In this document: positions 21,270 to 33,474 of the stretch, one piece after another | Layout: every line of letters starts with the position of its first letter | Numbering within the stretch: the stretch's first letter is position 1 | Assembly: GCA_046290465.1 (NCBI GenBank) | Contig: JBKAGP010000001.1 | Coordinates: 1,152,001 to 1,216,000, forward strand | DNA: 64,000 nt | Direction of reading: 5' to 3' | Origin: Planctomycetota bacterium | GTDB taxonomy: Bacteria; Planctomycetota; UBA1135; UBA2386 | Made by a program: the position numbers and the translations under genes | The notes under the pieces: generated by a model | Databases searched by the model: none | What the model was told of the DNA's origin: nothing | What the model saw: the letters and a program-made list of their open reading frames with translations, nothing else

Positions 21270-23158
21270 TTGCTCACCTCCTGCAGCACGTTGGTCAGAT
21301 ACGCTTCGATGTCCTGGCTCCGGAACGGCTGCCCGTTCACCTGGCTGTAGCTCTGCACGTCGATCAGGTACTTCGACCGCAGCATCATCGCCAGCTGGCC
21401 CTTGTTCAGCTCCGGCAACACGACCTTCTGGAAGCCGCGCATCAGCGACTCGAGGTCGTTCGGGAGCGGGTTGAGGTGGCGCAGGAATGCCGCGCTCACC
21501 TTGTGCCCCTGCTCGCGCAGGCGCGTCACCGCAGCGGTGATCGCACCGCGCGGGCTGCCCCAGCCGAGCACCAGCACGTCGCCGGTCCGGTCGCCGAGCG
21601 GCTCGAGCGGCGGCAGGTCGTTGGCCACGTTCGCGACCTTCTGCGCGCGCGTGTCGATCATGTGCTGGTGGTTCTGAGGGTCGTAGCTGATGTTGCCGGT
21701 GACGTCCTGCTTCTCGAGGCCGCCGATGCGGTGCACCAGCCCCGGCGTGCCTGGCTTGGCCCACGGCCGCGCCAGCGTCTTCGGGTCGCGCTTGTAGGGT
21801 TCGAACTTGACGCCCGGCTCGCCGGGCGGCGCGTACTGCACGTCGATCGCCGGCAGCTGGTCGACGTCGGGCAGCTTCCACGGTTCGCTGCCGTTGGCGA
21901 TGTAGCCGTCGCTCAGCACCATCACCGGCACCATGTGGCGCGTCGCGATGCGGATCGCCTCGTAGCCGACGTCGAACGCGTCGGCCGGCGTCGAGCACGC
22001 GATCACGACCATCGGCGACTCGCCGTTGCGGCCGTACATCGCCTGCAGCAGGTCGGCCTGCTGGGTCTTGGTCGGCATGCCGGTGCTCGGCCCAGCGCGC
22101 TGGATGTTGAGCACGACCAGCGGCAGCTCGGCCATGATCGCCAGCCCCATCGCCTCGCCCTTCAGCGCAACGCCGGGACCCGACGTCGACGTGATGCCGA
22201 GCTGGCCCGCGTAGCTGGCGCCGATCGCCGCGCACACCGCGGCGATCTCGTCCTCCGCCTGGAACGTCACCACGCCGTGGTGCTTGTAGCCCGACAGCTG
22301 GTGCAGCACGTCGGACGCCGGCGTGATCGGGTAGCTGCCGAGGAACAGCGGCACGCCGCACTGCTTGCTGGCGGCGACCAGACCGAGACACAGGGCCTGG
22401 TTGCCCATGATGTTCCGGTAGGTCCCCGGCGGCAGCCTGGCCGGCGCGACCTTGTAGGCCGTCTGGAAGATCTCGGTGGTCTCGGCGTAGGCGTGGCCAG
22501 CCTTCATCGCGATCAGGTTGGCCTCGACCACGTCCGGCTTCTTGGCGAACTTCTGCGCGATCGCCTTCTCGGTCGGCTCCATCTCGCGGTGGAACAGCCA
22601 GTACAGGATGCCCAGCGCATACATGTTCTTGCACCGGTCCTTGCCGCGGTTGTCGAGCGGCGAGTTGGCCAGCGCCTCCTTGGTGCGCTCGGTCAGGTCG
22701 ACCTCGATGACCCGGTAGCCGTCGAGCGTGCCGTCGGTGCGCGGGTCGACGTCGTACTTGGCCTTCTTGAGGTCGAGCGCCTTGAAGCTCGCGGTGTTGA
22801 GCAACAGGATCCCGTCCTTCTTCAGCTGCTGCAGGTGCACCTTGAGCGCCGCCGGGTTCATCGCCACCAGCACGTCGGGCGCGTCGCCGGGCGTGTGGAT
22901 GTCGAAGCTGGAGAAGCGCAGCTGGAACGCGCTGACGCCGGGCAGCGTGCCGGCGGGTGCGCGGATCTCGGCGGGGAAGTCGGGGAACGTCGCGATGTCG
23001 TTGCCCATCAACGCGGTCGTCCGCGTGAACTGGTCGCCGGTCAGCTGCATGCCGTCGCCGGAATCACCGGCGAAGCGGATGACGACCTGGTCCAGTTCCT
23101 GGACGCCGCGGTCGGGAGAGCCCTGAGCGAGCCCGTCGGTAGTGTCGGTGCCTGTCAT
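21266..23158 (-). CDS. korA: 2-oxoacid:ferredoxin oxidoreductase alpha subunit
   Basis: FAGDSGDGMQ, YPITPAS, QAEDEIAA, TSGPG, QRAGPSTGMPT. Confidence 0.93.
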   Translation of the reverse strand: MTGTDTTDGLAQGSPDRGVQELDQVVIRFAGDSGDGMQLTGDQFTRTTALMGNDIATFPDFPAEIRAPAGTLPGVSAFQLRFSSFDIHTPGDAPDVLVAMNPAALKVHLQQLKKDGILLLNTASFKALDLKKAKYDVDPRTDGTLDGYRVIEVDLTERTKEALANSPLDNRGKDRCKNMYALGILYWLFHREMEPTEKAIAQKFAKKPDVVEANLIAMKAGHAYAETTEIFQTAYKVAPARLPPGTYRNIMGNQALCLGLVAASKQCGVPLFLGSYPITPASDVLHQLSGYKHHGVVTFQAEDEIAAVCAAIGASYAGQLGITSTSGPGVALKGEAMGLAIMAELPLVVLNIQRAGPSTGMPTKTQQADLLQAMYGRNGESPMVVIACSTPADAFDVGYEAIRIATRHMVPVMVLSDGYIANGSEPWKLPDVDQLPAIDVQYAPPGEPGVKFEPYKRDPKTLARPWAKPGTPGLVHRIGGLEKQDVTGNISYDPQNHQHMIDTRAQKVANVANDLPPLEPLGDRTGDVLVLGWGSPRGAITAAVTRLREQGHKVSAAFLRHLNPLPNDLESLMRGFQKVVLPELNKGQLAMMLRSKYLIDVQSYSQVNGQPFRSQDIEAYLTNVLQEVSK

Positions 23159-23296
23159 CAACGTGTCTCGGGGACGGGCAATGTAGCGACCGCCCCCGCG
23201 ACGTTCCCGGTTCGCGTCGAGCGAGTCGGCAATTCGCGGTAAGGTCTCGGCAGGTCTTGCGTCCCTCGGACGGAACCAACCCGCACCGAGACCACG

Positions 23297-24687
23297 ATGC
23301 CGAACCCGATCCTCCGCCTGATTCCGCTGCTGTCGCTGCTGGCCACCGCGCCCGCCCAGGACGGCCAGTCCCAGTTCGGCCACGCCCGGGCGCGGGCGCT
23401 GGCGGCGCTCGGCCGCCTGCCGAGCGCGCGCGAAGTGGTCGTGCGCGACCTCGTCAACTACCACCGCCACCGCCTGCCGCTGCCGCGACCCGACCAGGCG
23501 GTCGCACTCGACCTGCGGTTCGACCGCGCCGAAGCCGGGGTCGGCGACGAGGTGCTGGTGCAGGTCGGCTACACCACCGCCCCCGAGGGCGACCGTTCGC
23601 TGGCGCCGCCGTGCGCCGTGGTGCTGGTGGTCGACTGCAGCGGCTCGATGCGCGAGCGCGGCAAGCTCGACCAGGTGCGCCAGGGCCTACGCGCGTTCGT
23701 CGAGCGGCTGCGAGACGACGACCGCGTCGCGCTGGTGGCGTTCGCCGACGAGGCGCGCGTGGTCCTGCCGCCGCAGCGCTGCGCCGACGGCGAAGTGCTC
23801 GACGACGCGCTGCAGCAGCTGCGCGCCGACGGCAACACCAACCTGCACCAGGGCCTGCTGCGCGGGCTCGAGCTGCTCGACGACACCGCGCTGTCCGACC
23901 TGCAGCGGCGCTTGATCGTGCTGACCGACGGCATCGCCAACGCCGGCGTGCACGACCCCGGACGGATCGCGACCGAGGTCGCGACCCGGGCCGACGCGGC
24001 CGGCGTCGACGTCTCGACGATCGGCCTCGGCGCCAACCTCGACGCGGCGGTGCTGCAGCAGCTGGCGCAGCAGAACCGCGGCCTGTGCCACTTCGTCGGA
24101 GACGCGCGCGACGTGCAGAAGGTGTTCGTGCGCGAGGCCGACAGCCTGCTGGTGCCCGCCGCGCGCCACGTGCACCTGCACCTGCGGCTGCCCGACGAGC
24201 TCGAGCTGCTGCACGTGTTCGACCGCCACCAGCGCAAGCACCAGCAGCGGGTCCGCTGGCAGCTCGACGACCTCAACGCCGGCGCCACCGGCGTCGCGCT
24301 GCTGCGCTGCCGCGTGCGCCGCACCGCCGACCGCCCGCTGGTCGTGGTCGCGCGGATCGGCTACCGCGACCCGCGCACCGCCCAGGCGACCGAGCACGAC
24401 GCGCGGTCGGCGCTGGCCGCGGTGGCCGTGCCCGCCCCCGACGCCCGCACCGACCTCGAGGTGCGCCGCAACGCCGCGATCGCCACGCTCGCCGAAGGCC
24501 TGCACGCGATGGCCCGGCGCTGCGACGGCCGCCGCTGGGCCGACGCCGACCGCGAGCTGCGCGACGCGTGCGACGCCGCGCGCGCGCTGTTCCCCGGCGA
24601 CGATCCCGACGTCGACCGCGTGCGCGAGATCGTCGACGGCCACCTGCGCACGCTCCAGAACCACCTCGACCGGTTCCGCCGCCACTG

Positions 24688-24688
<1 letters not shown>
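23297..24688 (+). CDS. Exported vWA-domain protein (YfbK-like)
   Basis: Signal peptide ..ATAPA|Q, MIDAS DCSGS, GNTNL, LTDGIAN, STIGLG. Confidence 0.85.
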
Positions 24689-26647
<1,959 letters not shown>

Positions 26648-26658
<11 letters not shown>

Positions 26659-27211
26659 CCCCGCCGAACTGCTGGCGCGCGCCCGCGGCGGTGAGCAGGC
26701 CGCGTTCGCCGAGCTGGTCGCGCCGCACCGCGAGCGCCTGCAGCGCTACCTGGTGACGATGACCGGCGACGAGCACACCGCCGAGGACGTGCTGCAGGAG
26801 GGCCTGCGCCGCGCGCTCGAGAAGCTCGACCAGCTGCAGCAGGCCGAACGGTTCGGCTCGTGGCTGCTGTCGATCGCGTGCAACGTCTGCCGCAGCCACC
26901 TGCGCCGCGAGGTGCAGCGCGCGCACGGCGGCGACGACCTGCTGCAGCAGATGTGCGACCACCATCGCACCGCGCTGAGCTCGCTGGTCCGCCGCGAGGA
27001 CGCGCAGCGGCTGCGCCTGGCGATCGACCGGCTGCCGATCCTGCTGCGCGAGGCGTTCGTGCTGTTCGCGGTCGAGGGACTTCCCTACGCCGAGATCGCC
27101 GCGGCGACCGACGTCGCCGAGGGCACCCTGCAGGTGCGCGTGCACCGCGCCAAGGCCCTGCTGCGCCAACAGCTCGGTGACGTGGTCGACTCCTGGGTGC
27201 TGCGCGGCTGA
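26648..27211 (+). CDS. ECF sigma-70 factor
   Basis: LLARARGGEQAAFAEL, AEDVLQE, FGSWLLSIA, EGLPYAEIA..GTLQVRVHRAK. Confidence 0.9.
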
Positions 27212-27226
27212 AGTCTCCTGCACCGG

Positions 27227-28060
27227 ATGGTCGAAGAACCCGACATGGATGCGGAGAGGGTTCGGACGCGGCGGCTGGCCGTGCTGCTGGCGGTGGCGCT
27301 CGGCGGTGCGGCGACGTGCCAGCAGGAGCTGCGTCGCGACGACCCGGCGCCGCAGCGACCCGCCGACCGCAACGGCGCGGCCAAGGCCGCGACGCACGCG
27401 CCGAAGCCCCGGCTGAAGCCGCTGGTCGCCTGGCAGTTCGTCAAGCTCGGCAACGCCGCGCACGTGCAGCAGCTCGCCGCCGCGAAGCGGGCGCGCGCCG
27501 CCGCATCGCAGGCGGCCGACCTGCCGCACGACCATGCCCACGACCACGTGGCGGCCCCGGAGCGCAACCGGCCGATCCGGCCGGCCGGTGCCGGCCGCTA
27601 CGTCTGCGCGGTGCTCGCCTGCGCCGACCTGGACGTCGAACTGGCCGCCGTGCTCGGCGTGCAGCGCCAGGACCTGCTGGTGCTGCGTGCGCCCGGTCCG
27701 TTCGTCAGCCAGGAGGCGGTCGCCCTGTTGAGGCGCGCGGTCGAACGGCACCGGCTGTCGTTTGCGATCGTGCTCGGCCACGCGCCGTGCGAATCGCTGC
27801 GGCAGCCGACCGGACACGAGGACGCCCTGACCCGCCGGCTGCTGCCGCTGCGCGCGCTGGCGCGTCGCCGCAACCAGCCGCTCCACGAGACGCTCGTGCA
27901 CCAGCAGCGCGAACTGCTGCTGGCGTCGTCCCCGCAGCTGCGCGCCGCCGTCGACGAAGACCGCCTGCGCATCGCGCCCGCGCTGCTCGACGCGCGCACC
28001 GGCAAGCTGCGCTGGGTCGCGCGGCGCGCGCACACGCTGCCGATCGCGCCGGTCAAGTAG
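27227..28060 (+). CDS. Exported beta-carbonic anhydrase-like protein
   Basis: VLACAD, LVLRAPG, IVLGHAPC, C-terminal DARTGKL; signal-like N-terminus and HDHAHDH. Confidence 0.55.
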   Translation: MVEEPDMDAERVRTRRLAVLLAVALGGAATCQQELRRDDPAPQRPADRNGAAKAATHAPKPRLKPLVAWQFVKLGNAAHVQQLAAAKRARAAASQAADLPHDHAHDHVAAPERNRPIRPAGAGRYVCAVLACADLDVELAAVLGVQRQDLLVLRAPGPFVSQEAVALLRRAVERHRLSFAIVLGHAPCESLRQPTGHEDALTRRLLPLRALARRRNQPLHETLVHQQRELLLASSPQLRAAVDEDRLRIAPALLDARTGKLRWVARRAHTLPIAPVK

Positions 28061-28291
28061 CCGCGCCGCCGCGGCTCCGGTGTCGCCGTCGCGGCCGATC
28101 CGGTTCTTCCTGACCGCGAGAACAATGTGGACAACGTCCCACGCTCTCCACGACTTGTGCAGAAAAGAAGTGCGGGCAAACGCTCCCCTCGAGGCGCGAG
28201 GTTCGTTCCAATCGGGGACCCGACGCAACGGTGCGTCCGCCCCTCGCCATGCCGGCCCGAGCCAGGGCCCTGACTCCGCCACGCTCTCGCA

Positions 28292-30421
28292 ATGCGCACC
28301 CAGCTCGGCACCTACTGCCAGCAGTTCGACGGCACGCTGCGTCCCGTGCTGCACGATCTCGACCTCGCGCTCCAGGCCCTCGAGAAGGCCTCGGAGGAAA
28401 CCCCGAGCAAGTCGCTGCACGTGCCGCTGCTGGAGCTGCAGCACCAGCTGCGCGCGCTGTGCGACAAGGTGGCCGAGCAGCAGGCCTACGTGCTGATCTT
28501 CGGCCCGTTGAAGAGCGGCAAGTCGACGCTGATGAACGCGATCGCCGCGTCGTACGTCAGCGAGGTGTCGAGCCTGCCGGCGTATCCATGCCTGGTGTTC
28601 GTGCGCGCCGGCAAGAAGCGTGAGTACTTCGTCACGTGCTATGACGGATCGACGCGGCGCTTCGGCGACGCCGACAAGCTGCACGACGACATCGCCAACG
28701 CGCACACCGAGCTCGCCGAGGCGATCCGCAAGGCCGAGAACCAGGGGCTGACGTTCGATCCGCAGGAGCACTTCCAGGCGGCGATCCGGCGCGTCGACGT
28801 GCACGTGCCCGACAGCGAACTGGAGAAGACCGGCGCGGTGCTGGTCGACACCCCCGGCCTCTACACGCGCATGCGCTTCGGCTACGACCGCATGACGCGC
28901 GACTTCCGCGACGCGGCCGCCTGCGCGATCTTCGTGGTCAAGAGCGACACGCTGTTCCTCGAGCAGGTGTTCGCCGAGTTCCAGCAGCTGCTCGACCTGT
29001 TCAGCCGCATCTTCCTGGTCGTCAACGTCGACTCGCACAAGCGCGATGTCGGCCCCGACGGCAAGCTGGTGCCGAGCCTCGAGCAGTCGAAGCCCGAAGA
29101 GGTGCTGAAGGCGTTCGAGCAGCTGGCGATGTCGGCGCCGCTGCAGCAGGCGGCCAAGGACGGCCGCGTCAGGATGTATCCGGTCGACCTGCTGCACGCC
29201 GCCAGCAACCGCCTGTCGAAGAACGGCAAGGGCAAGGCGCCGGCCGGCTTCGACGCGTTCGAACAGGACCTCAGCGAATACCTCGCGAGCAGCGAATACC
29301 TGTCGGCGTTCCTGCGCGACTCGCTGCAGCGCGCCGAAGGCCTGCTCGGCGAGATGCAGTCGCACTTCGAAGCCGAGGACGCCCGCGAACTGGAGCAGCG
29401 CCTGCACGACCTCGACGAGGAGTGCGGCTGGTTGCGCCACGAGAAGCAACGGGTCGAGCAGGCGCTGCAGCTGGACTGGACCGAGGCCTTCGCCCGCAGC
29501 CGTCGCGACGTCGACGCCGAGGTCGAACGCTCCGCGCGCGACCACGGCGCCAAGCTGCTGCGCACGCTCGGCGCGTCGATCGACACCTGGTTCTTGAGCA
29601 GCCAGAGCCTCGAGTGGCTGGTGCAGGGCCAGTGGAGCCCGCTGGTGCGCGACTACCGCGAAGCCGTGCTCGAGGCCGGCAACAAGGCATTCGAACAGGC
29701 CGGCATGCAGACCGACGCCGGCTTCGATCTGCCCGACGGCGTCAGCGAGCTGGCCCGCCGCGCCGGCATCGACCTGCGCCTGCTGCGCGCGCACGCGTTC
29801 GACGCGGTCGGCAAGGTGCAGTGGCCGAAGCACGCTGCGGTGCCGGTCGACGTGCGCAAGATCCCGATCAAGAAGGGCGTCGTCGACCGCCTGGCGTTCC
29901 GTTCGCTCGACAAGGTGCGCCAGCGCCTGTTCGGAGCGCTCGACAAGCCCGACGCCAAGATCCCGGGCAAGGACAAGGCCCGCCACCTCGGGGACCCAGG
30001 CCGTCTGCACCTGCACCAGTGCGTCGCGCAGTTCCGCGGCGAGCTGCTGCCGCAGACCACCGACTGCCTCGGCCGGCACTTCGGCGACGCGTTCGCCGAC
30101 GCCGCCAGCAAGATGCTGCGCGAGCAGCTGGACGGCTACGCGCCGCGCCTGCAGCGAAAGCTCGACGAACTCGAGGGCGAACGTTCCTACCTGATGAACG
30201 TCGCGACCCCACTGCGCGACCTCGGCAAGCTGACCGGCGGGACCCGCACCAAGCTGCAGGCGCTCGGCAGCCAGTTCGTGCGCGAGGCCGAGCTGCAGCC
30301 GCAGCCGAAGGACGTCGTGCTCGAGCCCAAGGCGCCGCAGGGTCAGCCGGGCAAGCAGCCGGCGAACCAGCCCAAGGGCCGCAGGCAGGGCAAGCGCGGC
30401 GCCGGGAGCCGGCGCCCGTAG
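28292..30421 (+). CDS. Dynamin-like P-loop GTPase
   Basis: GPLKSGKSTLMNA, LVDTPG, long coiled-coil C-terminal half. Confidence 0.78.
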   Translation: MRTQLGTYCQQFDGTLRPVLHDLDLALQALEKASEETPSKSLHVPLLELQHQLRALCDKVAEQQAYVLIFGPLKSGKSTLMNAIAASYVSEVSSLPAYPCLVFVRAGKKREYFVTCYDGSTRRFGDADKLHDDIANAHTELAEAIRKAENQGLTFDPQEHFQAAIRRVDVHVPDSELEKTGAVLVDTPGLYTRMRFGYDRMTRDFRDAAACAIFVVKSDTLFLEQVFAEFQQLLDLFSRIFLVVNVDSHKRDVGPDGKLVPSLEQSKPEEVLKAFEQLAMSAPLQQAAKDGRVRMYPVDLLHAASNRLSKNGKGKAPAGFDAFEQDLSEYLASSEYLSAFLRDSLQRAEGLLGEMQSHFEAEDARELEQRLHDLDEECGWLRHEKQRVEQALQLDWTEAFARSRRDVDAEVERSARDHGAKLLRTLGASIDTWFLSSQSLEWLVQGQWSPLVRDYREAVLEAGNKAFEQAGMQTDAGFDLPDGVSELARRAGIDLRLLRAHAFDAVGKVQWPKHAAVPVDVRKIPIKKGVVDRLAFRSLDKVRQRLFGALDKPDAKIPGKDKARHLGDPGRLHLHQCVAQFRGELLPQTTDCLGRHFGDAFADAASKMLREQLDGYAPRLQRKLDELEGERSYLMNVATPLRDLGKLTGGTRTKLQALGSQFVREAELQPQPKDVVLEPKAPQGQPGKQPANQPKGRRQGKRGAGSRRP

Positions 30422-30508
30422 GCGGGATCACCCGGAGACGAGAGTCGAAGCGCCCGGGACCTTTGGAGACGCCGGCCGTGACCGCTCGGCGTCGAGGCCC
30501 GCGCGCCG

Positions 30509-32947
30509 TTACCGCAGTGCCGACAGCTTGCGGAACCGCACCAGCGTCTCGCGCGCCAGCTCCATCACCTCGGCCGCCGGCCGACCGGTCAGCAGCTCCA
30601 GTGCGTCGTGCACGCCGTTGACGGCCTGCACCGCGAACGTGCCCGCTTCGACCGCCTGCACCACGTCGACGTCGAGCATCAGGTCGCCGATGTTGGCGAC
30701 CGGCAGCACGACGCCCTGGCGGCGGTTCAGCTTGCGCGCCTTGCACAGCCGGAAGAAGCCTTCGATCTTGTCGTTGACGCCGGAGACCGCCTGCACCTCG
30801 CCCTTCTGGTTGACGCTGCCGGTGATCGCCAGGTCCTGCACCAGCGGCACGTTCGCCAGCGAGCTGAGCAGCGCCAGCAGCTGGGCCAGCGACGCGCTGT
30901 CGCCCTCGACGCCGTTGTAGAGCTGTTCGAAGCAGATCGTCGCCTGCATGCACAGCGGGCCGCCGTCGCCGAACTCCTGCAGCAGGAAGCCCTCGAGGAT
31001 CATCACGCCCTTGTCGTGGATCGGGCCCGACAGCTGCGCCAGGCCCTCGATGTTGACCAGGCCCGAGCGCTGCGCGGTCGCGACGCCGGAGTTGCAGGTG
31101 ATCCGGCACGGGCGGCCGAACTCGATCGTGCCGGTGTCGAGCACCGTCAGCGCGTTGATCTGGCCGATCGCGGTGCCGGACGTCGTCAGCTCCATGTAGC
31201 CGGCGGCGTAGCCACGTTCGGTCAGTTCCTGCGCCAGGTCGTGCCGCTGCCGCTGCATGCCGACGGCCTGGTCGACGTGGCGACGCGTCACCAGCTTGGC
31301 GCGCGCCAACCGCGCCTGGTAGGCCGACTCGCGCGCCAGGTCGCCGATCTCGCTGTAGCGCGTGATCAGCCGGTCGCGGCGGCCGGCGCAGCGAGCGCCG
31401 TGCTCGGCGATCGCCGCCATCGCATCGGGTGACAGCGGCAGCAGGTCCTCGCCCTCGACCAGCCACTGCAGGTAGTCGGCGTAGCGCGTCAGGCTCTTCT
31501 TGTTGACCGGGATCGTGCTGTCGAACTCGGCGTGGATCTTGAAGACCTGCGGGAACTGGATGTCCTCGGCGGCGAGCTGCTCGTAGACGCCGGGTTCGCC
31601 GATCAAGACGACCTTGAGGTCGATCGGGATCGCCTGCGGCTGCAGCGTGCCGGTGTGCGTGCCCGCCCCCTGGTCGAAGTCGCGGATCTCGAGCAACCCA
31701 GACTGCAGCACCCGCTTGAGCTGCGTCCAGACGCCCGGCTCGCGCAGCACGTCGAAGCAACGCAGCACCAGGTAGCCGCCCTCGGCGCGCAGCAGCGCCC
31801 CCGGGTGCACCTGCAGCGGCCCCGGCTGCGAGTCGCCGCCGATGGTCCCGAACAGGTTGCCGAAGCTCGGATTGGTCTCGATGACCACTGGACAGGCGTC
31901 GGTGAACGACGTCTTGACCACCTGCGAGTGGAACTCGCCCAGGCGCGGCTCGGCGGTCTGCGGCATCAACTCGAACGCGGTGGTCTCGTCTTCGAGTTCG
32001 ACCTCGGTGCCGACGAACGGGTGCAGGTTGCGCTCGATGAACTCCCCCGCCGCGTCGAGCCAGTCGGCGACCTCGGGCTGCGGCCAGCGCTTGACGAAGT
32101 CCTTCTGGTGGTTCTGCAGCACCTTCCAGGCCAGCTGGCGATCCATCGCGCGGACCTCCTGCTCGGCGCGGATGAACTCCTCGCGGATCCGTTCGCTGAC
32201 CTCGTCGAGACGTTCGAGCAGCTGGTCGCGCTGGCGCAGCAGCCGGTTGCGGTCGTCGTCGGCGACCTTGCCGTCGAGCACCAGCGCCGACAGCGCATCG
32301 AGCGTGATCGGCTCGCCCTCGACGACCGGATAGATGTCCGCCGTCGACGTGCCGTTCTGCGCCTGGAACGTCACCAGCGCACAGCCCTGCTTCTGCGCCT
32401 GCCGCTGCAGCGCGTCCATGATGCGGCGTTCGCGCGCGGCGCTGGCGCGCTTGACGACCCGGCGCGACATCCGGTGCGGCCGCGAGCGCAGCGCGCTGAG
32501 CAGCGCGCCGTGCATGACCCGGCCGAGCTCGAGCAGGTCGTCGCGGAACTGCGGCCCCTTGCCGGTCGGCAGCGAGATCAACAGCGGCCGGTTGGGTTCG
32601 CGGAAGTTGTGCACGAACACGCGATCGGGCACCAGCCGGCAGGTCGGCTGGATGTCGCGCAGCAGCATCTCGACCACCGCCGTGCGACCCGAGCCGATCA
32701 GCCCGGACACGAACAGGTTGTAGCCCTGTGCCTGGATCGACAGGCCGGTGCGCAGCGCCGCCATCGGCCGGTCCTGGCCGATCAGGAACGCCGCGGTCGG
32801 GGTCTTGCCCGACGGCTCCAGCGGCTTGCAGGTCCAGCGCAGCTTGTCGACCGGCACCGGCCCCGACCGGCCGCCCCGCGCCGAGCGGCCGTTGCGGGCC
32901 TTGACGACGCGACGACTGGTGTCGGCGCCCTGCTTGCGGGCGCTCAC
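30509..32947 (-). CDS. Lon-like (LonC/AAA_32) protease
   Basis: IGQDRP, YNLFVSG, HNF..PNRP, NLFG, GQINAL, HDKG, EGDSAS (Ser), VNDKIEGFF (Lys); GTGA overlap with the USP gene. Confidence 0.88.
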   Translation of the reverse strand: MSARKQGADTSRRVVKARNGRSARGGRSGPVPVDKLRWTCKPLEPSGKTPTAAFLIGQDRPMAALRTGLSIQAQGYNLFVSGLIGSGRTAVVEMLLRDIQPTCRLVPDRVFVHNFREPNRPLLISLPTGKGPQFRDDLLELGRVMHGALLSALRSRPHRMSRRVVKRASAARERRIMDALQRQAQKQGCALVTFQAQNGTSTADIYPVVEGEPITLDALSALVLDGKVADDDRNRLLRQRDQLLERLDEVSERIREEFIRAEQEVRAMDRQLAWKVLQNHQKDFVKRWPQPEVADWLDAAGEFIERNLHPFVGTEVELEDETTAFELMPQTAEPRLGEFHSQVVKTSFTDACPVVIETNPSFGNLFGTIGGDSQPGPLQVHPGALLRAEGGYLVLRCFDVLREPGVWTQLKRVLQSGLLEIRDFDQGAGTHTGTLQPQAIPIDLKVVLIGEPGVYEQLAAEDIQFPQVFKIHAEFDSTIPVNKKSLTRYADYLQWLVEGEDLLPLSPDAMAAIAEHGARCAGRRDRLITRYSEIGDLARESAYQARLARAKLVTRRHVDQAVGMQRQRHDLAQELTERGYAAGYMELTTSGTAIGQINALTVLDTGTIEFGRPCRITCNSGVATAQRSGLVNIEGLAQLSGPIHDKGVMILEGFLLQEFGDGGPLCMQATICFEQLYNGVEGDSASLAQLLALLSSLANVPLVQDLAITGSVNQKGEVQAVSGVNDKIEGFFRLCKARKLNRRQGVVLPVANIGDLMLDVDVVQAVEAGTFAVQAVNGVHDALELLTGRPAAEVMELARETLVRFRKLSALR

Positions 32948-33396
32948 GCGCGCGCCACCAGCACCGGGCACGGCGCGGCCTTCAGGATCTCGCCGGCGGT
33001 GCTGCCGAGCAGCGCCTTCATGATGCCGCTGCGGCCCTGCGAACGGACCAGGATCAGGTCGACGCGTTCGACCAGCGCCTCCTTGAGGATCTGCTCTTCG
33101 ACGTCCTCGGAGAACGTCAGGTGGCCGAGCGCGCGCACGCCCGCCTCGGCGGCCTGGTCGACGGCCTTCTGCAGCTTGTCCTGCACCTCGTCCTGCAGTT
33201 CGGACTCGAAGTTGCCGCCGCGGCCGGTCGAGCCGTGGTGGCCGATCAGGTTGAGCGTCGCCGGCGTGTCGATCACCGCCAGCAGCAACAGCTCGGCGCG
33301 CAGCTGCGCCGCCAGTCCGATCGCGTAGCCGAGCTCCGGCTCTTTGGACTCCGCGAGGTCCACGGGCGCGAGGATGCGTTGCACGACCGGCGTCAT
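32944..33396 (-). CDS. Universal stress protein
   Basis: RILAPVDL, DLILVRSQGRSG, LLGSTAGEILKAAPCPVLV. Confidence 0.9.
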   Translation of the reverse strand: MTPVVQRILAPVDLAESKEPELGYAIGLAAQLRAELLLLAVIDTPATLNLIGHHGSTGRGGNFESELQDEVQDKLQKAVDQAAEAGVRALGHLTFSEDVEEQILKEALVERVDLILVRSQGRSGIMKALLGSTAGEILKAAPCPVLVARA

Positions 33397-33474
33397 GGCG
33401 GGATGGTACGGTCCCGCGCCAGCAATTCGAGAGGGCGTCCGCTATGTTGCCCGGCCCCGATCGCCCCGAGTACC

